From the human T2T-CHM13v2.0 reference genome, Homo sapiens: a stretch of 64,000 nucleotides of DNA. Positions 26,206-45,338 of this stretch are shown here, one piece after another; position 1 is the stretch's first letter, and every line of letters starts with the position of its first letter. The translations under genes and the position numbers were made by a program. The notes beneath the pieces are model-generated. The model ran no database searches, was not told the origin of the DNA, and was given only the letters and a program-made list of their open reading frames with translations. The stretch is from the NCBI RefSeq assembly GCF_009914755.1, contig NC_060936.1; one strand, 5' to 3'.

Positions 26206-27252
26206 AAAGAGTGGGCTTAAAATATTCAGTAAAAGATGCTATAAACAGATGTGCTGTCACGCAGGCTCTGTTGTTTCATTTAGAGCACACAGGTAGAGTA
26301 GATTTAGCATCATTCTGAAGGACCCTAGGATTTTTTGAATGGTCAATGAGCATTGGCTTCAACTTCAAATCCCCAGCAGCATTATCCCCTAACAAGAGAG
26401 CCCATCCTTTAAAACCTGGAAACCAGGCATTAACTTCTCTCCAGCTATGGAAGTTCTAGGTGGCATGTTCTTCCAATAGAAGGCTGTTTCATCAGCATTG
26501 AAAACCTGTTGTTTAAAGCAGCTACCTTCATCAATGATCTTAGCTAGATCTTTTGGATAACTTGCTGCAGCTTCTGCTTTTGGAGAAAGTGCTTCACCTT
26601 GCACTTTGATGTTATAGAGATGGCTTCTTTCCTTAAACCTCATGAACCAACCTTTGCTGGCTTCAAACCTTTCTTCTGCAGCTTCCTCACCTCTCCCAGC
26701 CTTCATGGAATGGAAGAGAGTTAGGGCCTTGCTCTGAATTAGGCTTTGGCTTAAGGGAGTGTTGTGGCAGGTTTGAAATTTTATCCTACCACTAAAACTT
26801 TCTCCATATCAGCAAGAAGGCTGTTTTGCTTTCTTATCATTTGTGTGTTCACTGGAGTAGCACTTTTAATTTCCTTCCAGAACTTTTTCTTTGCATTCAC
26901 AACTTCACCGACCCGTGCAAGAGGCCTAGCTTTTGGCCTATCTCAGCTTTAGACATGCCTTCCTCACTAAGCTTAATCATTTCCAGCTTTTGTTTAAAGT
27001 GAAAGACAAGTAACTATTCCTTTCAGTTGAAAACTTGGAGGCCTTTGTAGGGTCATTAATTGACCTAACTTCAACACTGCTGTGTCTCAGAATAGGAGAC
27101 CCAAGATCAGGGAGAGAGACAGGGAAACAGCCAGTTGGCAGAACAGTCAGAACACATATGACATTTATAAATTAAGTTCACTATCTTCTACGGGCATGGA
27201 TCATGGCGCCCCAAAACAATTACAATAGTTACATCAAAAATCATTGATCAAA

Positions 27253-27565
27253 GTCTGGACATAGTGGCTCATACCTGTAATCCCAGCACTTTGGGAGGCT
27301 GAGGCAAGAGGATTACCTAAGCCCAGGAGTTCAAGATCAGCCTGGGCAATATGGTGAGACCCCATCTCTACAAAAACAGCTAAAAAATTAGCCGGGCATG
27401 TTGATGTGCACCTGTGGTCCTAGCTATTCGGGAGGCTGAGGGGAGGCTCTCCTGAGCCCAGGAAGTCAAGGCTGCAATGAGCTGTGTTCATGTCACTACA
27501 CTCCAGCCTGGATGACAGAGTAAGACCTTGTCTCAAAAATAAATAAATAAATAAATACATAAATA
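27253..27565 (+). mobile_element. AluJ inside Tigger1
   Basis: dimer with (TAAA)n tail; degenerate TSD tgatca(a/c)ag. Confidence 0.9.
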
Positions 27566-27691
27566 AATAACTGATCACAGATCTCCATGTATATATAATA
27601 ATAATGAAAAAGTTAAAAATACTGTGCGAATCACCAAAATGTGACACAGAGACACGAAGTGAGCACGTGCTGTTGAAAATGGAACTGGTAG

Positions 27692-28036
<345 letters not shown>

Positions 28037-29436
28037 AAACCTTCCATGTTTTAAAAATGCAGTATCTGAGAAGTGCAATAAAGTGAAAAACAGTAAAACA
28101 AGGTATGCCTGTGTGTGAATGAAGAAATGGATAAAAGAATGAACCTAGACTGTACTACCAGGTACAATACCAACTCTGGTATTTAAACCATAGGGGAGCA
28201 TCCCAAACCATGCCAGATAAATGAGTCATGCTCTATCAACAACAGTAAGAGTCTTTAGACTTGCTCCAGAATTGTAAGTCTACAGTGGCACTCCCTCACT
28301 TGGGCCTGTGCTGATCCTTCCTTTGGCTTTGTCTTTGCAGTTACTGACTCTCAGGCTCTGTGTCCACCTCTTTCACAGCTATGAATGGGGAAACTATCCA
28401 AGGCTGATTCTCCACTTGCTTGTGAGGTGTTCAATTTGCTTTATTTGACCATTTTTTTCTCCTAGTAAGAAGCAAGAAAATCCACCATAAGCTCTGAGGA
28501 ACAATCACACCAGACTGAGCATTTTTATTTCTTGAGCCTTTGCCTAAGAAAGAGTGTGGATCATACTTTCTAATACAGTCAGGATGGAATATCAAAATGT
28601 GAGTATATCATGTCCAAGCAGCAGGTGGGGGCCCCATAAGAGAGGTGCTGGTTTAAAAGTCTTTCCCTCATGATTTTCAGATTTTCCTAATTGGGGCTAC
28701 AAGTTCATATTCAGATGTTGTGTTTCTTCTGATTTTGGAATCTGTAAACCTTCCCCCTCTCCCTACAGAAGCCCTAGTTTTTGCAACAGCTCTCCATCTG
28801 CACATGCATCTCATTGTGGGGTGCAAAGGGCTGGTGGCGAGATTTTCCAGTGTGCCTGGCTAACCTGTCATAACTAAAATTTATGGAGCAAAATAGAAAT
28901 GTAGGTGGTTGCTGTGTTGTCACAATGACCGTGAATTGAGTTTGGGGACTGTATGAAAATAGAGGAATATTCTTGGTTTGATGGAAATGTATAGTGTATT
29001 TTCCGGCAATTTCTCAAATTCAGTTATTCAAATCTCACATCTATTTAAGCCGGTCTATGGATCCTGTGTAGGGGATCAAATTACACAGATTGAATTCTTG
29101 ACAAAATTTCTGGAAACAGGACCCTTTCAGGGTTATCAAATTCTACGTGGGTCTGTGTCTTTCATTGTCCTTGACTATTTTGCAAATCTGTAGAAATTGA
29201 AGTTAAGTGGTGGAAGGTTGGTGGTGATGTACATGATTCCTGTTCTTAGAAATAAGAATGACTTTTGTCCAATGAAGGTGTATTGATTTCCACTCTATGG
29301 AAGAGGCTAGTTTTGCATCTATAGGCAAAATTAATTCAATATTTCTGATTGCCTATATATGTGTTTTGTCCTTGAATTCTCCTTTCAACCAATTTTTACT
29401 TCTTACTGGTTTCCTTATTAAATAATAAGTGAAATA

Positions 29437-29809
<373 letters not shown>

Positions 29810-30770
29810 TCAACATCCTGATTCTCCAGCAACTTATTCATTCCCAGAAGTGAGGGTGGCATTGAATGAGAGAAGAATCCTGTGTTTCTGACTCATCATT
29901 TACCCAGAAGAGAGTGAGCTGACAGAGCTATGTGAAAGGACAAGATAATGTTTACCCTTATTCCTGGACACCGAGGCTCTAAATTCGAATTTCTTTCAGT
30001 ATACAGTTATAACATTACGTTTGCACAGCCACATGTGAAGATGTTGTGGTGCTCCTTTTTTTAATCTTACATTTTTAACTAATTTACTTACATAACCAAA
30101 AATGAGAAGAACAGGGAAGAATCCTGGTCTTAGAGAAGCAAGATGGAAAATTAAACGCGAGGGGATCTCTCTGTCTCTCCCTCTACCACTTATTTCTTAA
30201 CCTGTTTGCACGTTAATTTCCTTCTCCCAGACTGGCTTCTCCACAAGCTGTAGACCTGCTGCTAGCATCTCAACATCTCTTAACTTATATCCTCTGTGGA
30301 AAAAACCAAGAGCACCATTAGCATAAGCCTTTCAGTAATGCCGGCGTGAAAAGGAGCGTTCTAACTTGGGAAGGAGGGTGGAATTTTTTATAGGGCTTCA
30401 GCAGGCAGGGTCAGCTCAAGTTCACTTTGTTTTAAGAACAAAGATGGTTCCTAGAAAAGGAAGGAATTTTCTTTAGCAATTAGCGGTCACTGTTTGGACA
30501 ACTTGGATTTTACCAAGAGGAGTGGGAGGAACAGTCCGGTCATGTGTGAGCGGCGGGGGTGGGGAGGAACAGCTACAGTGGACAAGGACATGGAGGCCTA
30601 CAGTGGAAAATTTTCATTTCTTCAGAGTCTCTTACATCTTACAGTCTCAGGACCTTTGAGAGCCTTCTCCCCACTTCAGTCAATCTGACTTGCTTATCCC
30701 TGGACCACTCACTGTGGTCAAGGAGGCAGAGTCAAAGAAGAGACTGTTTCTGGTCAGACCTGAAAGCTAG

Positions 30771-31179
<409 letters not shown>

Positions 31180-31669
31180 CTACGAAACCCTTCTTTTCCT
31201 CCTTCCAGGTGAAAGGCTCAGTGCTGCCTGTCGGGAGCACTGCTTCGAGGAGACCGATCCAGAGAACTTTCAGCCTAGGGAGTACGGAGCGCAAACCCAG
31301 CTGAGGTGAAAGTCTCATTGGGGAGCAGCTCCCAGCACAAACTGCTGAAAGGCTGGCCGCAGCCCTGCTGCCCAGATTTCTTCTTCAGCACTCTCTAACT
31401 CCCTAGAGCTTTTAAAATGTCCCCTGTGGTCACTCTGTATACCAGGGAAGACAAACGGGTTTGGCTTCATGCCTGCATTGGCAGTGCTGGGTGCCTCTTC
31501 ATCCTTCTCTCTCTCCTCTTTTTGGCAGAAAAACCCTTTTCAAATATCCAAGCCCCTTCTTCTCTATAAAAAATAAGACAGATGTGAGCTATGAACATCG
31601 TTACTGGTGAAAAAATTAAGATTTAGGAAAGGAAATATCTGTCCTCATCATTTTGCCAGAAGAGCAGAG

Positions 31670-31880
31670 TAGTTACAGTCATGGACTTTAACTCAAAATC
31701 CACAGAATTTGAGTCCTGGCTTCCCACTTACTGATTCCGTGACCTTGGGCAAATACTTAACCTCAGTAAGCCCCAGCTTCTTATTTAGGAAATGGGGAAT
31801 AACATGTACCTCAAAATTTAGGGGAATAATGCATGTAAAGAATATGCCATTGTGTCTGACATATATTAAAATCCAAAATT
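31670..31880 (+). mobile_element. MIR
   Basis: core gtgaccttgggcaaatacttaacctc. Confidence 0.75.
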
Positions 31881-32126
31881 ACAGTAATTTTTGTGATTAT
31901 AAAAATGATGGTGATAACATGAAAGTAACTAATTAAATAAAATTATGTATATTAAAAATATAAAAATATGATTTTACCACCATCACCACTCCCAATATTA
32001 GCATTTTTAAAATAGAATTTTACAATTAAGACCTCAGATGATCTCACGTGGTGGTCAAGCTGTCACTTCTCTAAAGTGGCCTCAATTGCTCCAGGGCCAG
32101 AAAGTAGGAAAATTGGAACACAGGAG

Positions 32127-32880
<754 letters not shown>

Positions 32881-33662
32881 TTAAACAGTATGTGACATCA
32901 GAAATTATCAACATTGACACTGATTACAGATGCTGGAAAATTAGCAATGTAGAAAGGGGAAATGAAATTTGGCTTAGCTGTGAAAAAGTAATACTAATTA
33001 CAGTCATTTACATGAGCCCCTCACCATTTATGCTTAATTACCATGCAGCACAATCATAATCATGTGTATCATTAAATACGTGCCCAGTTAACTTTCATGT
33101 ACGTTGTCTTGATTAGAATGATGGGCTCTGCTCTACTTAGACGTTCTGCTCAGACTTTATAGTACGTGGAGTGTGCAGCTTGGACACTCATTCACGGAGA
33201 CATTGCTTAAAGTCCCTGCTACTTCAGGGGCTATCAAGAGGGACCTGACTCCCCAGATTCCAGAACTGCTTGCCAGGCTGTATTGACAGGTACTGTAGTT
33301 TGAGAAAGCCCTCTCAACCGCATCCCAATGCAGGGAAGAAGAAAGTATTGGACTCTCTCCCTTTTCTTCCTCTCCCATCCCCACAGGATATCAGAGGGCC
33401 CAGGGAGCTCACCTCCCACAGCTAAGGGGACATACATAGCTAAAAGGACAGGACACATCTGTACACAATCACTGTCCCCTCCCCCAACCCCCCACACACA
33501 TCATAAGATAGTATCAGAGAGATACAGAGAGAAATAGAAAGACATGCAAGCCAAGAGACATGGAGAGAGCAAAAAAGAGATGTAAGAGGCACCAAGAGAG
33601 GCAGACAGAAGCAGAGACAAGTAGAGAGGCACGCGGACAGAGAGAGAGATATAAAAAGTGGG

Positions 33663-33892
33663 AGATATGAGAGTGATCTGGCTGTGACATCTGTCACCCC
33701 ATTGACTGCCAGGGTTGAATTGGCTGATCTGGCAGTCCGGGCGGGTGTCCCCTTCCTCCCTCATGGCTCCATGTGTGTCTCTCCTGAAGCTGTGCGCTCC
33801 CTGGAAGAGGACGACCATCCCTGATAGACCGGTCTTCCGTCAAGGCCAAGAGTAACTGCGCTCCCCTGCTAGAACCTCCAAACAAGCTCCCC
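33663..33892 (+). pseudogene. 7SK snRNA retropseudogene (RN7SKP type), 3'-truncated
   Basis: matches 7SK nt ~1-240 (gatctggctg-gacatctgtcaccccattga; gcgggtgtccccttcctccctca; ctagaacctccaaacaagctc); TSD aaaagtggg. Confidence 0.95.
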
Positions 33893-34309
33893 AAAAGTGG
33901 GATAGAGACACAGCCACAGAGGGAGCCAGTTTAGACGCCTTGACAGGCCTGGTTGTTTTTCTCTGATGCTCCATTAGATAAAATAATTCCCACAAGCCAA
34001 CCCAGTGAATTGTAGGGTCCCTCCTTATCCTGAATACTGAGGAAAAAGAAAGAGGGGGATGAAAAGACAAGGGGAGGAAGGAGAAGATAAGGAGCTAGAA
34101 TAACAGAAAGACAGAGACAGAGACAAAGAGAGGTCAGGAACAGAGAAGAGCGTCTTAGGCAGGTGAGTGGATCTGCAGGACCCTTGGTCAGGACCCACCT
34201 AGTTAAAGGTTGTGGAAACAGAAAAGAAATGTGGTGATATATCCATGTTCCCTCTTTGTTATGATAAAATGTCCAAGTCCTTTATGGGTTGTGTAGATAT
34301 GAAACTTTA

Positions 34310-34540
34310 TTGGGCACTTACCATGTACCTGGACCCAGGTTAAATGCTTTCACATATTTGACTCATTCAATTCTCAAAACGACCCTGTCTTGCAGGTACT
34401 ATCATGATGCTCATTTTATGGGGGGGAGAAAAAAAACTAGGTGGTAACTTGCAAGTAACTTGCCCAAAGTCACCTAGGCGGTAAATGAGATCAAAATCCT
34501 GCAATCTGGCTCCAGAGCCTGTGTTCTCCACTACAACACA
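34310..34540 (-). mobile_element. MIR
   Basis: aagtaacttgcccaaagtcac, tctggctccagagcc. Confidence 0.7.
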
Positions 34541-35194
34541 ATACGCTATAACTGTAGCAAAGCTGGTTACGTAATAACTGATAGTTCAGGGATCCATGAT
34601 TTCAAAGCATTCTTGTTTAATTATAGTGTATTTCAAATTAATGTAATATGCAATTTAATCAACATTCCCAGGATAAATAATTTTCATTTCAATCAAGACT
34701 ACCTTGTCAGCTCAGCAAGGGCAGCGGGGCAGGATTCTCGTGTTGTGGTTAGCAAGAGAGAAATGGACACCCCGTGGGGTTTAGTTACTCTTTATGACTG
34801 TCACACAGTGTGGCTGGGCAGACTCCAGTCTTCCACCTCTGTGGTCCCACTTGCTGCCATGAGTTTGGGTTCTGTTACTTTTCAGCTGAAAGACCTTGAA
34901 GAGATTGGGATTTGGTTCTTCAGTAACTCCAATTTCCCCTATGGAAGCTTATGCAAAACTCTCCATCAGCTTTCTAATCTATTAATAAATAATGATAGTT
35001 TTTAAAAGAAATCACTTGGTTACCATCCTTGGAGATTAATTACGTGATTAATTTAGGTAAGTGCTTATGAAATATAAAGTGCTTCATAAGTCCTAGGGAT
35101 TTATGCTCCAGCATTCTCATTAGGCCTAGAGGACAAAAATTCTCTGCTGCCTTTCCTTCTCCTCCTCCTCCTCCTATCTTTTTCTCCTTTAATA

Positions 35195-35540
35195 AAAATA
35201 GATTTCACAAACATTGCTCAAATTGGATCACAGACTTAAATACAAAATGCAACACTATAAAACTTCTGAAAGAAAACATAAGAGAAAATCTGTGTCCTTG
35301 GGTATGGTGATGAGTTTTTAGATACAACATCAAAAACACCATCAAGAAAAAAATAATAAATTAGAGTTTATTAATAAAAACTTTAGCTCTGCAAAAGACA
35401 TTATTAAGAGAATCAAAACACAAGCTACAGATTGGGAAAAATATTTGCAAAACACATATCATATAAAATACTTTATCCAAAATATAAAAAGACCTTTTAA
35501 AACTCAAAAATCAGAAAGCAAAGAACCCAATTAAAAAAAT
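35195..35540 (+). mobile_element. old L1M ORF2 fragment
   Basis: tggatcacagacttaaa, caagctacagattgggaaaaatatttgcaa. Confidence 0.75.
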
Positions 35541-37139
35541 AGAAGTAGTGCGTACACATGTTACTCAGGGCTTAACATTTCTCCAAGGTTTCTGGGCTTT
35601 CTCAGTCAACCCAATCCCTCTACTTTCTCTCCTCCAGCTCTTCCTTACATGTTTGGCCCTCTGAAGACCTTTTCCTAGTCTTCTTTTCCTAGTCTCCAAT
35701 GAGTTTTCAATGCTATTTATTTATCACTTTAAAATTATTTCTGTCTTTTCAATGGGATCTTGGGAGGGAAAGCAGTTGATGTATTCCCTGTCTGACATCT
35801 TGAACATCTTCAACTTGAAACCTGTTGTATTTATGTTATATTTACAATTCAAAAGAGCTGTGAGTTTATGACTTAAGAACTATAGAAGCAACTTTACAAG
35901 AGCCTGAGAGCACCTGCCCATGTATAAACAAGGTCACAGAATATAAAATCTACAAAGAAAATTGACTACACCAGGAGGTAGTCATTCTATTGCAAGTTTT
36001 GCAGGTGCAGTTCCAGGGACTTTTATTTAACCAGTATAGTTCCTGGGCTCCTGGCTACTAAATTTTAAAGCTGCCAATTTAAGACTGGGAGAGGACATAC
36101 ATTTGTGGTTATACATCTGCAGATATACATTTGAGGTATACATCTGCGGTTTCTTCAACTGCAGGCTAGCTAAAACATATCTGGTGCTAACACAGGTGAA
36201 GGGAAGGGATCACTAAGATAAGAGATGACAAGATCTGGTGATGAGCCTTTGGAGGAGAAAACTCCATCCACCAGCACATTGCCTGTCCCTTGCCCATCAG
36301 AAATAATGTTCCTCTGTGCTTGTACTTCTCTGTGAGAGAAACACCCATGCACTGGCAGGACATCCCAGGAATGGAAAGTGAGATCCCATACCCTTGCAAG
36401 TGTGGTACTGACATGAAATGAGGGCTCTTATACCTATCTAAGTTGGAACTGGGCAAAATAAGCTCAGGGTCTCCTGTGGAAGAATGAGCTGTGGCTATTC
36501 CGAATGGAACATCACCACTTGTTACATGGCATTGTGCCCAGAACTCAATGTATATCACCTCCTTTCATCACCCCAAGAATGTATGAAACAACGGCAATTA
36601 TTATCACCATTGTACAGGTAAGGGAGGTTAAGCAACTCTCCTAGGATCACTGAGCTGGCATTAGAGCCAGGACTGTCTGATATCAGGTCCTCTGCTTCCA
36701 CCTCCTTTCTCCTGCATCATTGTTCTTTCAGCAAAATGAGAAGCTGAATATCAATGCCTCTTGTCAGTGCTGACTCTCATCATACTGCACCAACTACCCC
36801 TTAGAGAACTCACTGGGAACACAGATGATCGTCATGGACATTTTTACTCCCCAGACTGGAACTCAGGGCACTGAACTGAAAATCCAAAGGAACTGGCAAG
36901 GAAAGGAATTCAGTTCTCTGGTTACTGAGTCATAGGTCATCCATGCACCACATTAATTTTCAGTAGGGGGAGGCTTTTGGGGGCAATGAGGGTGCAAAGG
37001 GCTTCTTATGGTCCATGGAACCCTTGCCAGCCCAAGAGTCTAGTGGATATTGGTGAGACTTAAGCCTATGCTTCCTTTCTACAGCTACTGATTTTTGAAC
37101 ATATTTAGTAATGTTAAAAAGGGTAGATGACAGTACAAG

Positions 37140-37360
37140 TTAGTGATTAAGTGCATGACTTTGGAGTCCTACAGTCTGGGTTTGAATCTGGCATAGCTGT
37201 TCATACATAGCTACATGTATGACATCAGGCAAATCACTTCCTCTTGCTGAGCCTGGGTTTCCTATAAAATAATTCCACTAGTATCTCATTCATTGGGCCT
37301 ATTCCTTGCTTAAATGAGATAATGTTTGATAAGTGCCTGCCACATAGATGCACAATAGAT
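37140..37360 (+). mobile_element. MIR, followed by (TCTA)n and (CT)n(GT)n tracts up to 37459
   Basis: tgggtttgaatc and ggcaaatcactt..ctgagcct core. Confidence 0.65.
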
Positions 37361-38442
37361 TCAATCTATGTACCTATGTATCTATCTTTCTATCTAATCT
37401 ATTTATCTATCTCCCCACATCATCTCTCTCTCTTTCTCTGTGAGTGTGTGTGTGTGTGTCGGTCTTAATCTGTCATTATCATCAAGATCATTATCATCAT
37501 CAACATTTTTGTTGCTGGTTAAATTTTTTTGGGGGTGGGGGAGGAGCCAAGATGGCCGAATAGGAACAGCTCCGGTCTACAGCTCCCAGCATGAGCGATG
37601 CAGAAGACGGGTGATTTCTGCATTTCCATCTGAGGTACCAGGTTCATCTCACTAGGGAGAGCCAGACAGTGGGCGCAGGTCAGTGGGTGCACGCACCGTG
37701 CGCGAGCCGAAGCAGGGCGAGGCATTGCCTCACTCGGGAAGTGCAAGGGGTCAGGGAGTTCCCTTTCCTAGTCAAAGAAAGTGGTGACAGACGGCACCTG
37801 GAAAATCGGGTCACTCCCACCCGAATACTGCGCTTTTCCGATGGGCTTAAAAAATGTCGCACCACGAGATTATATCCCGCACCTGGCTTGGAGGGTCCTA
37901 CGCCCACGGAGTCTCGCTGATTGCTAGCACAGCAGTCTCAGATCAAACTGCAAGGCGGCAGCGAGGCTGGGGGAGGGGCGCCCGCCATTGCCCAGGCTCG
38001 CTTAGGTAAACAAAGCAGCCGGGAAGCTCGAACTGGGTGGAGCCCACAACAGCTCAAGGAGGCCTGCCTGCCTGCCTCTGTAGGCTCCACCTCTGGGGGC
38101 AGGGCACAGACAAACAAAAAGACAGCAGTAACCTCTGCAGACTTAAATGTCCCTGTCTGACAGCTTTGAAGAGAGCAGTGGTTCTCCCAGCACGCAGCTG
38201 GAGATCTGAGAACGGGCAGACTGCCTCCTCAAGTGGGTCCCTGACCCCTGACCCCCGAGCAGCCTAACTGGGAGGCACCCCCCAGCAGGGGCACACTGAC
38301 ACCTCACACGGTACTCCAACAGACCTGCAGCTGAGGGTCCTGTCTATTAGAAGGAAAACTAACAAACAGAAAGGACATCCACACCAAAAACCCATTTGGA
38401 CATCACCATCATCAAAGACCAAAAGTAGATAAAACCACAAAG

Positions 38443-39458
38443 ATGGGGAAAAAACAGAGCAGAAAAACTGGAAACTCTAAAAAGCAGAGCGCCTCTCCTC
38501 CTCCAAAGGAATGCAGCTCCTCACCAGCAACGGAACAAAGCTGGACGGAGAATGACTTTGACGAGCTGAGAGAAGAAGCCTTCAGATGATCAAATTACTC
38601 CGAGCTATGGGAGGACATTCAAACCAAAGGCAAAGAAGTTGAAAACTTTGAAAAAATTTAGAAGAATGTATAACTAGAATAACCAATACAGAGAAGTGCT
38701 TAAAGGAGCTGATGGAGCTGAAAACCAAGGCACGAGAACTATGTGAAGAATGCAGAAGCCTCAGGAGCCAATGCCATCAACTGGAAGAAAGGGTATCAGC
38801 GATGGAAGATGAAATGAATGAAATGAAGCGAGAAGGGAAGTTTAGAGAAAAAAGAATAAAAAGAAACGAGCAAAGCCTCCAAGAAATATGGGACTATGTG
38901 AAAAGACCAAATCGACGTCTGATTGGTGTACCTGAAAGTGACGGGGAGAATGGAACCAAGTTGGAAAACACTCTGCAGAATATTATCCAGGAGAACTTCC
39001 CCAATCTAGCAAGGCAGGCCAACATTCAGATTCAGGAAATACAGAGAACGCCACAAAGATACTCCTTGAGAAGAGCAACACCAAGACACATAATTGTCAG
39101 ATTCACCAAAGTTGAAATGAAGGAAAAAATGTTAAGGGGAGCCAGAGAGAAAAGTCAGGTTACCCTCAAAGGGAAGCCCATCAGACTAACAGCAGATCTC
39201 TCGGCAGAAACTCTACAAGCCAGAAGAGAGTGGGGGCCAATATTCAACATTCTTAAAGAAAAGAATTTTCAACCCAGAATTTCATATCCAGCCAAACTAA
39301 GCTTCATAAATAAAGGAGAAATAAAATACTTTACAGACAAGCAAATGCTGAGAGATTTTGTCACCACCAGGCCTGCCCTAAAAGAGCTCCTGAGGGAAGC
39401 GCTAAACATGAAAAGGAACAACCAGTACCAGCTGCTGCAAAGTCATGCCAAAATGTAA
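38443..39458 (+). pseudogene. L1 ORF1p, disrupted
   Basis: ATG GGG AAA AAA CAG start; TGA at 38587 and a 1-nt deletion near 38655; C-terminal 248 aa open (YPAKLS, ARREW). Confidence 0.93.
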
Positions 39459-39521
39459 AGACCATCGAGACTAGGAAGAAACTGCATCAACTAACGAGCA
39501 AAATAACCAGCTAACATCATA

Positions 39522-43392
<3,871 letters not shown>

Positions 43393-43601
43393 ACAATGAG
43401 AACACATGGACACAGGAAGGGGAACATCATACTCTGGGGACTGTTGTGGGGTGGGGGGAGGGGGAGGGATAGCATTGGGAGATATACCTAATGCTAGATG
43501 ACGAGTTACTGGGTGCAGCACACCAGCATGGCACATGTATACATATGTAACTAACCTGCACATTGTGCACATGTACCCTAAAACTTGAAGTATAATACTA
43601 A

Positions 43602-43926
<325 letters not shown>

Positions 43927-44682
43927 TTTTGTTGCTGTTTTTAATATCAGGTATAGTTTTTGATGTCCAGTCTCCAATTTGATCACTCCTGAGAATACTT
44001 AAGTTCCATTCAACAAGTGTCAGGACCTTCAAGGTTCTTGCCCTCTCCATCTAATTGACCACCGTCAAGTCATTTAACATCGTCCACAGCCTACTCTGAT
44101 CTCTTACGCCAGTGTCCAGGCCTCACCTCACAGATGCTGTCTTCAGTGTCTGCCTTGTTTCCCACCTGGTCCCTGCTGTCCGTCCAGCCTTGCCTTGTTC
44201 CTCTCCCCACCCCACTCCAACTCTGCATACTTCTGCTTGTCCAAGTCTCCTTCCACACAGACTCCTAAGAGCCTGCCTGCAAGAAGTCGCTGTGCCAAGC
44301 AGTTATTTCCAGATAGACCCAGACGCTGGGCCGTGTGTGTTCCACATCTGGCCTGTCCTTCACCTAAGCCACAAGCATTTTTTTGAGAATTTCTCATGCC
44401 CCAATTCCTGTAGAAAATCCACATTTACTCCACACTCACTCACCTCACATATTGGACAAATGCATTGAGGGGCCACCATGTCTCCAGAGGTAGGCTGCTG
44501 AATTGTGAGTGATACAGTAGAAAAATGATGGATTTTTTTTCTTCATTCAGATCTGAATCTGAATCCTGACTGTGTCACTTATTACCAGAATGATTTCAAA
44601 AATTCCTTGCCTTCTGTGAACCGGAGTTTCATCTTGTGTAAAATGGAAATAAAATACTTCCTTTATAGGAATTGTGGGATTA

Positions 44683-44833
44683 TTTTTATTTTTATTTTAT
44701 TTATTTATTAAAAAACAGAGATGGGTCTCATTATGTTGCCCAGGCTGGTCTCAAACTCCTGGACTCAAGCCATCCTCCCATCTCGGCCTCCCAAAGTGTG
44801 AGAATTAACAGGCATGAGCCACCTCGCCTGGTC
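44683..44833 (-). mobile_element. FLAM / Alu left monomer
   Basis: single antisense arm; TSD g(g/t)gattattttt. Confidence 0.85.
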
Positions 44834-44862
44834 GTGATTATTTTTTAAAAAATTTATAAGAG

Positions 44863-45150
44863 GGTCAGGTGCAGTGGCTCACACCTGTAATCCTAGCACT
44901 TTGGGAGGCCAAGGTGGGCGCATCATGAGGTCAGGAGTTCGAGACCAGCCTGACCAACATGGTGAAACCCCGTCTCTACTAAAAATACAAAAATTAGCTA
45001 GGCATGGTGGTGCGTGGCTGTGTCCCAGCTACTTAGGAGGCTGGGGCAGGAGAATCGCTTAAACCCAGGAGGCGGAGGTGCAGAGAGCCGAGATCACGTC
45101 ACTCCACTCCAGCCTGGGCAACAGAGCTAGACTCCGTCTCAAAAAAAAAA
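44863..45150 (+). mobile_element. AluSg-like
   Basis: atcatgaggtcaggagttcgag; TSD similar to aaaaatt(a)tataaga. Confidence 0.9.
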
Positions 45151-45338
45151 AAAAAATTATATAAGAACACCAAGCTCCAAGCTCCATAAAGAATAGTTCC
45201 TTCTTTTCTCCTTCCTGAAGTGAGACTCATCTATTTTCATAGCTTTAACTATTATCTCTATGCAGCTAACTCCTAAATTCAATGGATATTTATTGCATTA
45301 AAAATGACTATGCCAGAGAGTTTAGAGAACTTGGTGGC

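Noticed and set aside
25253-26706. Domesticated TIGD1-like gene
   Set aside because: The transposase is split by frameshifts, stops and an Alu insertion.
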